Made by a program: the position numbers and the translations under genes. From contig JARVJZ010000004.1 in the NCBI GenBank assembly GCA_029775855.1, positions 4,901 through 68,900 of the forward strand: 64,000 nt of DNA. The letters run 5' to 3'. Positions 55,100 through 63,871 of the stretch are shown here, in pieces. Numbering within the stretch: position 1 is the stretch's first letter; each line of letters opens with the position of its first letter. The DNA comes from Nitrososphaeria archaeon. Its GTDB lineage: Archaea; Thermoproteota; Nitrososphaeria; Nitrososphaerales; JAAOZN01. The notes below the pieces were generated by a model. It did no database searches and was not told where the DNA came from. It was given only the letters and a program-made list of their open reading frames with translations.

Positions 55100-55579
55100 T
55101 TGGTTATAGTGAAAGATGAGTTAAGTAAGAAGATAGAAGAGCTGATACTAATGGAGGAGATGCAGTCTCAGCAGCTTTCTGTAGGTGTCAAAACCCTTGG
55201 ATCCGTTATGGTCAAAGAGATCCTAAATGGTGTAGCGCTAGACTCTAAAGAGCATGCAGGCTTCTATAGAGCCATTAAAACTCTGCTTACAGAGGAAAGC
55301 TCGCCTCTAATAGAGGATGAGTATATGAAAATGGAGAACATAATTAGAACACATATTCAAGTTGAGGATAGAATGAAGCGAGCCGCTGCAGAACTCCTCG
55401 CAAAAGTAGAGGATTCGAGAGTGAAGCATCTCTTAAAGGAGATCCTTCAAGATGAGATAAGGCATCACAAGCTGATGCAGAACCTCTTAGAAAGTATAGT
55501 TAAGAGGACCATTATGGAGGAGGATGTTTGGGATATGATTTGGAAAGATGTTCCTGGGCATGGTGCTCCAATAGGATAA
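55100..55579 (+). CDS. Ferritin-like (diiron four-helix-bundle-like) protein
   Basis: Two ExxH-type motifs (DSKEHAGFY and QDEIRHHKLM) in a helical protein of about 160 aa. Confidence 0.45.
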   Translation: MVIVKDELSKKIEELILMEEMQSQQLSVGVKTLGSVMVKEILNGVALDSKEHAGFYRAIKTLLTEESSPLIEDEYMKMENIIRTHIQVEDRMKRAAAELLAKVEDSRVKHLLKEILQDEIRHHKLMQNLLESIVKRTIMEEDVWDMIWKDVPGHGAPIG

Positions 55580-55581
55580 GC

Positions 55582-56028
55582 CTAATCTTGCTGAGATTCA
55601 CTTTCGTAGTCAAGTATATGCTTTTCTTCTTCGGATAGTTTCTTGCCTATATGGCTATAGACGCCAATTTTCAACGCCTTATAGGGTAGAAGGGCGCATT
55701 TAATTCTGACGGGGTTGAGCCCGAGCGTCTCTATCCCTAATGCTTCAAGTAGATCTTTTTTAGAGAAGGATAGTAGATCATCAAGTTTCTTACCTTTTAG
55801 GAGCTCTGTCATCAAGGAGGCTGATGCAACACTTATCGCGCAACCTCTGCCTTTGAACTTTATATCTTTAACATTCTTCTCTTCATCGAACTTTATATAG
55901 AGTTCGATGTCGTCACCGCAAAGCGGGTTAGATTCCTGAACCTTTATTTCAGCATCTTCTATGCTACCATAGTTTCTTGGATGCCGGTAGTAGTCTAGTA
56001 TCATGTCTCGATAGATTTCTGAGCTCAT
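55582..56028 (-). CDS. sufU: SufU/IscU-type Fe-S cluster assembly scaffold
   Basis: NPLCGDDIELYIK, GRGCAISVASAS, and the C-terminal RIKCALLPYKAL. Confidence 0.85.
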   Translation of the reverse strand: MSSEIYRDMILDYYRHPRNYGSIEDAEIKVQESNPLCGDDIELYIKFDEEKNVKDIKFKGRGCAISVASASLMTELLKGKKLDDLLSFSKKDLLEALGIETLGLNPVRIKCALLPYKALKIGVYSHIGKKLSEEEKHILDYESESQQD

Positions 56029-57260
56029 AGCTTAAATATGCGCCTCGCTTTATTTAGCCCTTCCACCAACGCGTCTACGTCGCTTTCAGCATTGTAGAGG
56101 TAGAAGCTTGCTCTTGCTGTTGCTGCTACACCGAGCTTATTCATTAGTGGCATAGCGCAGTGATGACCAGCTCTTAGGGCGATGCCCTCTTCGTCGAGTA
56201 TTGTTGCCAAGTCATGGGGGTGTATGTTTGCCAGATTAAATGATATGACAGCACCACGCTGCTCTAAATTATTGGTTCCATAGATCTTTAAGTCTGATAT
56301 TTCACTTAATGTTTCAAGAGCATATTTTGTGAGTTTAATCTCATGCTTCCTAATTCTACTAATCCCTATTGAATTAAGATAATCTACTGCAGCGCCTAAA
56401 CCTATAACATCGGCTATGGATGATGTGCCAGCCTCAAACTTCCAAGGTAGTTCATTCCATTCTGAGTTCTCTAACCAAACTCTGCTTATCATGTCTCCGC
56501 CACCTAAGAAGGGATTCATATCTTCAAGCAGATCTCTTTTGCCGTAAAGCACCCCAACACCTAAAGGGCCAAGGGCTTTATGACCAGAAAAGGCTAGGAA
56601 GTCACAGCCGATTTCTTGAACATCTACCTGCATATGAGGGACAGATTGGGCAGCATCAACTACAGTGATCGCACCAATTTTATGCGCATGCTCTACTATT
56701 TTCTTAACGTTGTTTATTGTTCCAAGCACATTTGAAACATGCGTTATGCTAACGATCTTAGGTCTTTTTTCCATAAGCCTATCTACTTCATCATCCACAA
56801 GCAGCCCCTCTTTATCTATAGAAATGTAGTCGATCTTGGCTTTAGTATACTTTGATATAAGCTGCCAAGGCACGATGTTGCTGTGATGCTCCATTTCCGT
56901 TAGTAGTATGTGATCTCCTTCTCTTAAGTTATTTAGTCCCCAGCTGTATGCTACCAAGTTTAGGGCTTCGGTTGCGTTCTTTGTGAAGATTATTTCAGAT
57001 TCTTTTGCGTTGATAAACTTAGCAACTTTCTTTCTGGCGTTTTCGAAGGCTTCTGTCGCCTCTACACTTAGTCTATAGACACCTCTATGGATGTTCGCGT
57101 TGTAATCTTGATAAAATTCACGCATCGCTTCTATGACTTGGCGCGGCTTCTGAGTTGTGGCTGCATTGTCCAGATATATCAGCCGTTTACCGTAGACTCT
57201 TCTTTTAAAGATCGGAAAATCTTGCTTTATTATTTCTGGGTCTAGCAGGTCTGGGCACAT
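56025..57260 (-). CDS. sufS: Cysteine desulfurase, SufS type (class V aminotransferase)
   Basis: YLDNAATTQKP, the PLP-Lys context FSGHKALGP, and the catalytic-Cys context RAGHHCAMPL. It overlaps sufU by 4 nt. Confidence 0.9.
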   Translation of the reverse strand: MCPDLLDPEIIKQDFPIFKRRVYGKRLIYLDNAATTQKPRQVIEAMREFYQDYNANIHRGVYRLSVEATEAFENARKKVAKFINAKESEIIFTKNATEALNLVAYSWGLNNLREGDHILLTEMEHHSNIVPWQLISKYTKAKIDYISIDKEGLLVDDEVDRLMEKRPKIVSITHVSNVLGTINNVKKIVEHAHKIGAITVVDAAQSVPHMQVDVQEIGCDFLAFSGHKALGPLGVGVLYGKRDLLEDMNPFLGGGDMISRVWLENSEWNELPWKFEAGTSSIADVIGLGAAVDYLNSIGISRIRKHEIKLTKYALETLSEISDLKIYGTNNLEQRGAVISFNLANIHPHDLATILDEEGIALRAGHHCAMPLMNKLGVAATARASFYLYNAESDVDALVEGLNKARRIFKL

Positions 57261-57389
57261 TTCGCTACACTCCGTTGGGTAACGTAGGTTTTATCTGTTT
57301 ATGTAAAGTTGTTATTGGTGTGCTTCTTCGCTTCATGTCTTCTTCTAATATGTTTTTCATAACAATGTTATATAAGCTTTCATAACTAC

Positions 57390-58061
57390 TTAGCGAGCAA
57401 GCCTGCTTGCATCTCGAAAGACATTTATCCACATACTCCAAGTAAGCCTACCTGTCTGAGTGTTCTGGCGGCTAGGATGATAAGAGTCAACTAGAATACG
57501 GCTGTGCCCATCAAATCTGATTATTTGACCGTGCTTGAATGGTCTGCTTACCAATCCTGACACCCTGAGGTAGGTGTTGTGCGCCAACCTACCAAGAGCC
57601 AAAACAACCTTAACGTCTCTGAGAATATCAAGCTCAGCCTTAAGATATCTTGAGCAGTTTTCAACTTCGCTTGTTAAAGGTTTGTTCGCAGGCGGCACGC
57701 ACCTAACTACTGCAGACACATATACACCATTTAAGACCAACCCGTCACTGCGTGAGACGCTCATAGGCATATTTGCACAGCCAATCTCGTAAAGAGCTTT
57801 AACAAGCCATGCTCCTGAACTGTCTCCTGTAAACATGCGTCCGGTTCGGTTTCCACCGTGAGCTGCTGGTGCGAGTCCTAAAATGAGTAGCTTTGCGTAT
57901 GGATCTCCGAATCCCGGCAGTGGTTTAGCCCAGTATTCTTCGTCTCTGTATCTTTTTGGTGGGTTAAGAGCTACTTTCACTCTATGTTGAACGAGTCTAG
58001 GGCAGAGGTTGCAGCCTATAATTTGTGCAGAGAGAGCGTTAAGAGCTTCGATTCGGTTCAA
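57390..58061 (-). CDS. Uracil-DNA glycosylase, family 5 (UdgB-like, Fe-S containing)
   Basis: The motif GLAPAAHGGNRTGRMFTGDSSG is the family-5 variant, where family 4 has GEAPG. Cys residues for a 4Fe-4S cluster (CNLCPRL, CVPP, C..YL). HPSRQN near the C-terminus. Confidence 0.8.
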   Translation of the reverse strand: MNRIEALNALSAQIIGCNLCPRLVQHRVKVALNPPKRYRDEEYWAKPLPGFGDPYAKLLILGLAPAAHGGNRTGRMFTGDSSGAWLVKALYEIGCANMPMSVSRSDGLVLNGVYVSAVVRCVPPANKPLTSEVENCSRYLKAELDILRDVKVVLALGRLAHNTYLRVSGLVSRPFKHGQIIRFDGHSRILVDSYHPSRQNTQTGRLTWSMWINVFRDASRLAR

Positions 58062-59290
58062 TTCTCAATTTCGCCTTGCACCATCTTTTGTAGCTGAGTT
58101 AGAGGCACTTCTGTTTCCTCCGAGATCTTTTCTAGATCTTTAAATTCTGGTTTCACTCTAATCAGCTTTCCTTCCGGTGTCTCTGAGACCTTAACTCTAA
58201 CCTTATACTTTTTACCCTTTATATTCAGAATCTTAGTTTCCATCCGTCTTCTTGCTAAATATCTTGGTATTGTAAGAGTTCTTACACCAAGCGTGCCTGT
58301 CTCAAGCATGAGAATGTTGCTGAGCTTAAACGCTTCTTCCTGCCTACAAAGAACTTTGATAACCCATCCTGGTCTTCCCTTCTTCAAGTATGCTGGTGTC
58401 GTAGCTACATCGAGCGCCCCTTGTTTCATTAATATTTCAGATGTTCTGCTTATTACTTCACCAGTCACATCATCGACATTAGTTTCTAGTTGAACTATTG
58501 TGTCTTGGGTGTCTTCTGCAGTTTTACTCCCTAAGATTATGCGTAGTATGTTTGGTAGAGCATCTATTTCTTTTAAGCCGCCGCCGAAGCCTATCTTTAT
58601 TGGGGTGATCTGTGGGTAGAATCTTGTGGGCTTAGGATTTAGGGCTGCTAATAGCGATGCACCAGTAGGTGTTGTGAGCTCCATCTCAACAGGTCCTCCG
58701 TGGAAGGGTATTTCGCTTATGGTGAGTATGCTTAGGGCTGCTGGAGATGGAGATGGTGTTATCCCGTGTGAGAATTTTATAAGGCCGCCTCCTACCGCTA
58801 CTGGAGTCGCATATATTTGTGCGTCAAGCAGATCTAGTTGCTCTAAGGCAACTGCAGCACCAATAGCTTCTGCTAATGTATCTGCTCCAGCTGTCTCGTG
58901 TAAGTGTAGGTTATCTATAGTTTTATTGTGAAGATGTGCTTCGGTGTCGATTAACATCTTTACAGCTCTATAGGCGTATTCAGCTGCCTTCTTTGTGTGT
59001 GTAGTAATTTTTGCGGCTGTCTTTACAGCTTCTAGTATCTCGGTTGGTGTATAGCTTGTTTCTCTCTGTTTATATTTGGCTTTTATTAGTTTGCATCTGA
59101 ATCCCCCTCTCTTTGCTTCCTCCACATCTATCTCTGCCTCCCCTTGCTCCAATACTTTTACGGCTTCAACCATAGCCTCTAACACATATCTCTGAGGTGC
59201 ACCTAGATCTACTAAGGAGGCGACTAACATATCACCTGAGATTCCAGCAGAGCTCGCATCTATAACTAAGATCTTATCCTTCATCCTCAC
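58058..59290 (-). CDS. larC: LarC-family nickel insertion protein (nickel-pincer cofactor biosynthesis, DUF111)
   Basis: The N-terminal VIDASSAGISGDMLVASLVDLG motif and a size of about 410 aa. Confidence 0.85.
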   Translation of the reverse strand: MRMKDKILVIDASSAGISGDMLVASLVDLGAPQRYVLEAMVEAVKVLEQGEAEIDVEEAKRGGFRCKLIKAKYKQRETSYTPTEILEAVKTAAKITTHTKKAAEYAYRAVKMLIDTEAHLHNKTIDNLHLHETAGADTLAEAIGAAVALEQLDLLDAQIYATPVAVGGGLIKFSHGITPSPSPAALSILTISEIPFHGGPVEMELTTPTGASLLAALNPKPTRFYPQITPIKIGFGGGLKEIDALPNILRIILGSKTAEDTQDTIVQLETNVDDVTGEVISRTSEILMKQGALDVATTPAYLKKGRPGWVIKVLCRQEEAFKLSNILMLETGTLGVRTLTIPRYLARRRMETKILNIKGKKYKVRVKVSETPEGKLIRVKPEFKDLEKISEETEVPLTQLQKMVQGEIEN

Positions 59291-59372
59291 TTATTGTCGA
59301 GTATTCCCTTTTTATTCGCTTTGTTAGAGGATTTAAACTGTTTTAAAGTAGGTTTCAAAAACAGTAAGGGGG

Positions 59373-60161
59373 ATGAACCCTACATATAGGCGCATCTTAA
59401 AAGATGTGGCTAACGGTAAAGTTTCGATTGAAGAGGCTGAGAAACTAATTGACCAAACCCTTTTGGCTGAAGTTAACGAGCTAGCGAAGCTAGATGTTGG
59501 TAGAGAAGCCAGAAAAGGTATACCTGAAGTAGTCTACGGTGAAGACAAATCTGTTGGAGAGATTCATAGAATCATCTCTAAGAGCCTCGAAGCTTGCGAT
59601 AAGGTTATAGTAAGTCGGCTCACCAAAGATAAGATCAAGAAGCTTAAACAGCTCCTAAACGATAAACCTCTGAGACTCAGCGAAAAGGCAGGCGTCTTAG
59701 TGGTCAAAAGCAGTGAAGGCAAGGTTGTAAAGACTGGGGGAAGGGTTGGAATATTGACCGCCGGCACAAGTGATCTGAAGGTTGCCGAGGAAGCAAAGGT
59801 GATGGCTGAAGAAATGGGGTGCGAAGTATATCTTGAGGCTGATGTTGGTGTTGCTGGTGTGCATAGATTAATTCCAGCGCTTAAACACATGCTCGATAGA
59901 CAAGTTGATGTTATCGTTGTGGTTGCTGGGCGGGAAGGAGCGCTGCCTTCAGTTGTAGCGGGGCTGGTTTCCATCCCTGTTATAGGTGTGCCTACCTCAT
60001 CAAGCTACGGCTTCGGTGAAAAGGGGTTGGCTGCTTTGATGGCTATGCTGCAATCCTGCTCACTCGGAATTGGTGTAGTGAACATAGACAATGGTATAGG
60101 AGGAGGAGCTTTGGCAGCACTTATAGCAAATAATGTAGCTGCAGCACGCTCTTCAAAATAA
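59373..60161 (+). CDS. larB: LarB (pyridinium-3,5-biscarboxylic acid mononucleotide synthase; PurE-like)
   Basis: GIPEVVYGEDKS, RVGILTAGTSDLKVAEEA, AGREGALPSVVAGL and VIGVPTS. Confidence 0.85.
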   Translation: MNPTYRRILKDVANGKVSIEEAEKLIDQTLLAEVNELAKLDVGREARKGIPEVVYGEDKSVGEIHRIISKSLEACDKVIVSRLTKDKIKKLKQLLNDKPLRLSEKAGVLVVKSSEGKVVKTGGRVGILTAGTSDLKVAEEAKVMAEEMGCEVYLEADVGVAGVHRLIPALKHMLDRQVDVIVVVAGREGALPSVVAGLVSIPVIGVPTSSSYGFGEKGLAALMAMLQSCSLGIGVVNIDNGIGGGALAALIANNVAAARSSK

Positions 60162-60297
60162 GGCGCATACATCTTTGACACATAAAGCACCCTAATCTCT
60201 GAAAGATGTTACCCTATATCCAAAGTTGTCGATAACAGATGCTCATAAAGGGCTTATCTTTATATCTAATTGTTCTGCTAGGGTTGTGTTTACGCAC

Positions 60298-61107
60298 ATG
60301 CTGATTAAAAACTTACTAACGGTTTATGTAAGAAAGAATGTGTTAAGCTTTGTTGTGGGTGTAGTAATAGGAGTAGTCGCAGGCTTAATAGGAGTAGGCG
60401 GGGGCGAATTTAGAATACCAGCCTTAACCTACCTCACAAGCAGCTCTATGACCGTTGTTGCGTCATCCAATCTACTAATAGGCTTCTTTACCGTCTTTGT
60501 ATCATTTCTTCTACGCTTACTAAAAGGGTTAGCTAGTAGTAGCAGCATTCTTTTTGGCGCTTATCTTTCCGTTGGCTCAATAGTTGGAGCCTACTTAGGA
60601 GCTCTAATGAGTGGAAAGTTTTCAAATAGAGCGCTTAGGATACTAGTGATTGCATATCTTCTAATCGTGGGGCTGAGGTTTACTTTTGAGCCATTAATAG
60701 GAGAAGTCTCGGAAACCCTTCTATTCCAAGAAAATGTAATTCCCATTTACCTAATTTGCTTTGGCTTCCTTGTCAGCGTGCTCTCTGCTATGTTTGGCGT
60801 CGCGGGCGGGGAAATGCGCATCCCTATTCTTATAATGGCTTTTGGTTTAGGTGCAAAGCTTGCAGGTACTGCAAGCCTTTTTGCATCTATAGCTACAGTA
60901 GGGATAGGCTTCCTGCAGCATTACCGCATGGGTCATTTTGAAGTTAGATTTACTTGGATTGCTCTTTTCATGACTATTGGTTCCATCCTAGGAACCATAC
61001 TAGGAACTTTTTTGGTAGTCACTTTAGATGACCGGTATTTGAAACTAATACTTGGAGTAGTCTTAATAGCGGCGACTTTACGCTTTACGGCTGGATTAAA
61101 CAAATGA
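60298..61107 (+). CDS. TauE/SafE-family anion (sulfite/sulfonate) exporter
   Basis: Duplicated motifs GLIGVGGGEFRIPAL and MFGVAGGEMRIPIL in a protein of about 8 TM helices. The track starts at TTG 60226. The in-frame ATG at 60298 is more plausible. Confidence 0.75.
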   Translation: MLIKNLLTVYVRKNVLSFVVGVVIGVVAGLIGVGGGEFRIPALTYLTSSSMTVVASSNLLIGFFTVFVSFLLRLLKGLASSSSILFGAYLSVGSIVGAYLGALMSGKFSNRALRILVIAYLLIVGLRFTFEPLIGEVSETLLFQENVIPIYLICFGFLVSVLSAMFGVAGGEMRIPILIMAFGLGAKLAGTASLFASIATVGIGFLQHYRMGHFEVRFTWIALFMTIGSILGTILGTFLVVTLDDRYLKLILGVVLIAATLRFTAGLNK

Positions 61108-61208
61108 ATCTAACTTTAAGCCTCAGTTTGCGCAGCTAAGAGGTAAACAGAGATAAAGAGGGGTCATTTGATGCTCCTCAAGCTGCCTACACTTTATATA
61201 GGAGTAAG

Positions 61209-61451
61209 ATGTATACAGAATCTGTGGTATACTACAAAGCGCATGTAGGATGCTCAAACCCAGCAATCATAGACAAGAACGGTAGAAAAGTGGGGCGATT
61301 CCACGCTGTCTACATACGCGAATCTAAACCCAACGGTGCGCGGTGGCGTAAGGTGGGTTGGTTGTGCATCGACTGTAATGGGTTTATAGCGTTAGATACG
61401 CCTGAGGCGAGAATACTTGAGGCTGGGAATCGAAGTAGAAGAGTAAGCTGA
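61209..61451 (+). CDS. Hypothetical small protein
   Basis: ORF only. Basic, with a single CIDC pair. Confidence 0.3.
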   Translation: MYTESVVYYKAHVGCSNPAIIDKNGRKVGRFHAVYIRESKPNGARWRKVGWLCIDCNGFIALDTPEARILEAGNRSRRVS

Positions 61452-61460
61452 TTTCATCTG

Positions 61461-61691
61461 CTACTCTATAACAGTCATCGTTAGGGTGGAACGAACCTCA
61501 GGCAAACCCCTAATCTTAACGGTTATCGTCTCCTTTAAGGCTTCAATACTATCCGCCTCAAGAATCACTACCAGATCATATACTCCAAAGACAAAGTAAG
61601 CCTCCTTAACATTTGGTGTGCTCCTCAGCTTCTGCAGAAGGTAGGTTTCTGTTCCTACATCTGCATTTATCAACACTATAGCCTTAGGCAA
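61461..61691 (-). CDS. Stand-alone Lrp/AsnC ligand-binding (RAM) domain protein
   Basis: 76 aa. The pattern AIVLINADVG...V.EAYFVFGVYDLVVILEADSIEAL...I..LPEV..T.T fits the AsnC-type RAM domain. There is no HTH. Confidence 0.65.
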   Translation of the reverse strand: MPKAIVLINADVGTETYLLQKLRSTPNVKEAYFVFGVYDLVVILEADSIEALKETITVKIRGLPEVRSTLTMTVIE

Positions 61692-61811
61692 TTAACATCC
61701 TACACATCCACAACACAGAGGGATATAAAAGTTCTTTTAATATCCAGATTCTAACTTTTCGATATAAATATTTATACACGAGTCGCATAGTTTAGAAGTG
61801 GTGCAAAATTA

Positions 61812-62252
61812 GTGTTTAGAAAGATCTTAGTTGCTGTGGACGGTTCAACGTTCGCTGAACACGCTGTGGAGTACGCTGCTATGCTAGCCAAAAAGTTTGG
61901 TTCAGAACTTGTCCTCATACACGCTATACTTAACCCCATGTATACATATGAAGGCATTGTGCTTAGCCCACCTCTAGAGCAGCTTGAGAAGGCTGGTCAA
62001 GAAGTTCTAAATCGAAACGTAGCGTTAGCGGAGAAAATAGGTGTGCAAGCTAAGACTCGGCTTGTAGTCGGGCACCCTGCTGATGAGATATCCAAGGTGG
62101 CTAACGAAGAAGACTTTGATCTGCTTGTTGTTGGAAGCAGAGGGTTGAGCTCTGTTAAAGCTTTCCTTCTTGGCAGCGTCTCTGAGAAGTTAAGTAGGCT
62201 CGCAAAGTGCCCAGTTTTAATCGTTAAACCTGGATGGAAGGTTAGTGAGTAG
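61812..62252 (+). CDS. Universal stress protein (UspA family)
   Basis: KILVAVDGS....A...A, DLLVVGSRGLSSVKAFLLGSVSEKL and CPVLIVK. GTG start. Confidence 0.85.
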   Translation: MFRKILVAVDGSTFAEHAVEYAAMLAKKFGSELVLIHAILNPMYTYEGIVLSPPLEQLEKAGQEVLNRNVALAEKIGVQAKTRLVVGHPADEISKVANEEDFDLLVVGSRGLSSVKAFLLGSVSEKLSRLAKCPVLIVKPGWKVSE

Positions 62253-62388
62253 CTTTACATTTGTGCCTATCCTTATGTATGAAGCAGTATGTTGCACCAC
62301 ACTTCGAGCATCTATAGTGGTAGGATGTAGAGAGGTTTCTACCACACCATCCACAAGTCAGCTGACGTCTCTCTGCTAACTGAATCAA
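62242..62388 (-). CDS. Unannotated 48-aa zinc-finger ORF (AN1-like Cys/His pattern)
   Basis: My own translation is (TTG)M-IQLAERRQLTCGWCGRNLSTSYHYRCSKCGATYCFIHKDRHKCKATH*. The pattern is C-x2-C-x11-C-x2-C-x4-C-x2-H-x3-H-x-C. A TATA-like box (TTTATAATTT on the minus strand, 62418-62427) starts 39 nt upstream. It is below the 60-aa cutoff of the ORF track. Confidence 0.45.
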   Translation of the reverse strand: MIQLAERRQLTCGWCGRNLSTSYHYRCSKCGATYCFIHKDRHKCKATH

Positions 62389-62474
62389 ACTCTTCTGTAT
62401 TTGTAGAGGTCATAGGTAAATTATAAATTTTGCTTAGAACATAGAGCATCAAAATTTAAAATCATCTGATTCTA

Positions 62475-62963
62475 ATGGTATATCGCATGGAGAGCATCGT
62501 AAGGCTGTTTAACGATGTGCAAGGACATACATATGACACCATTCTAGATTTAGTCTTCACAACTAAAAGGCTTATAGTCCTCCGGATACTCAGCCCCCAA
62601 GATGGAAGAGACCTAAGGGCTGCGCCGAACCTACTGAGCTTGTTTATAGGCTCCTCTGGGCTACGTAGAGCAGAAGCTGTAAAGAGGTATAAGATTGCGT
62701 CGGAAAGGCGTCAGAAGCTTATGTATCTTACACCTGAACAGATTGCAAATGAAGATGAATGCATACTTGAAATACAGTATAATCTACTTTCAAAGGCTAA
62801 GTTTACTCAAAGCATCTTTGGCAGAGTGGTAGAGTTCAGTTTTGAGAGGGATGGTGTTAAACATTCTTTATCGGTTAGACTCACACGCGAGCAGTATGAA
62901 GATATGTGGAGGCTTCTTGGTGAAGTAGCACCTCAAATCCGTGAGAAGAAGGTGAGGAGCTAA
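62475..62963 (+). CDS. Hypothetical protein
   Basis: ORF only. Confidence 0.4.
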   Translation: MVYRMESIVRLFNDVQGHTYDTILDLVFTTKRLIVLRILSPQDGRDLRAAPNLLSLFIGSSGLRRAEAVKRYKIASERRQKLMYLTPEQIANEDECILEIQYNLLSKAKFTQSIFGRVVEFSFERDGVKHSLSVRLTREQYEDMWRLLGEVAPQIREKKVRS

Positions 62964-63871
62964 GGCATCTGCTCTAAAGAGGCGTTAAGCATTTTAATTT
63001 GATCGATTGTTATGCTAAGAGGGTATCCGAAGACAACTTCAGTTATGCCTAACTCTCTGAGTGTGTGTATGTAGTTAGGTAAAGCGCCTACATGCATAGT
63101 TATAGTTAGAGCCCTAACCAAGTTTTCTGATACTATCTTAGCTTCCTCACCTTCTTGGATGTCCTTAAGGCGCTTTAATGTTCGTTCATATTCTACCTCA
63201 AGATTTAAATCCCTTGCAAGCCTCTTTGACATGCCTAGAAGTATCTTAAGCGCCGCTTTCTTAGCGCGATTGAGCATATCTTCTTCGATAATTTTGTAGA
63301 TGTATGCTGGTGCTGATATCCCGACTGAAATATGTTGTTTTAATGCACCTATCTTATCTAAAGCCCATCTTAAGTAGTCTAAATTTGAATGATTCAAGAG
63401 CACGTAATCAAAACAAGTTGATAGACTGAGTGTCGTAGAGCCTTGTGCGGCTAGCCAAAGTTTTATGCCTAATCTAGACAGTTCTTCTTCGAGCATTCTG
63501 CATGTTGATTTTAATATATTCAAGAAGTCTGTATGAGTTATTTTTACACCTAATTCTTTGAGCAGAGTTTTATCTCCAAGCCCTATGCATAGATCAAAGC
63601 GTTTTCCATAAAGATCTGTTAATTCCGTCAATCTTTTGATGATCTCTCTGACGCTGTAGATATAAGGGCTCAACGCACCAATACCTATCTTTAGACCCTC
63701 TACGCTTTCAGCTACCGCGGAAGCCATCTCAAAGGGGTCTCTGCCCTTTGATGAAAAGGAGACCCAGATTTTTTTGATTTTACTCCGCGCAATTAATATA
63801 GAGATCTCCTTTGCTTCATCCAAACCTTCACCCACGTTGAGGGCAAGGCCGAAGATCAAAAGCAGAGACAC
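62960..63871 (-). CDS. Luciferase-like (LLM/Mer-like, possibly F420-dependent) oxidoreductase
   Basis: TIM-barrel LLM pattern: LKIGIGALSPYIYSVREIIKRLTELTDLYGKRFDLCIGLGD, and the C-terminal GITEVVFGYP. The assignment is by pattern resemblance only. Confidence 0.5.
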   Translation of the reverse strand: MSLLLIFGLALNVGEGLDEAKEISILIARSKIKKIWVSFSSKGRDPFEMASAVAESVEGLKIGIGALSPYIYSVREIIKRLTELTDLYGKRFDLCIGLGDKTLLKELGVKITHTDFLNILKSTCRMLEEELSRLGIKLWLAAQGSTTLSLSTCFDYVLLNHSNLDYLRWALDKIGALKQHISVGISAPAYIYKIIEEDMLNRAKKAALKILLGMSKRLARDLNLEVEYERTLKRLKDIQEGEEAKIVSENLVRALTITMHVGALPNYIHTLRELGITEVVFGYPLSITIDQIKMLNASLEQMP

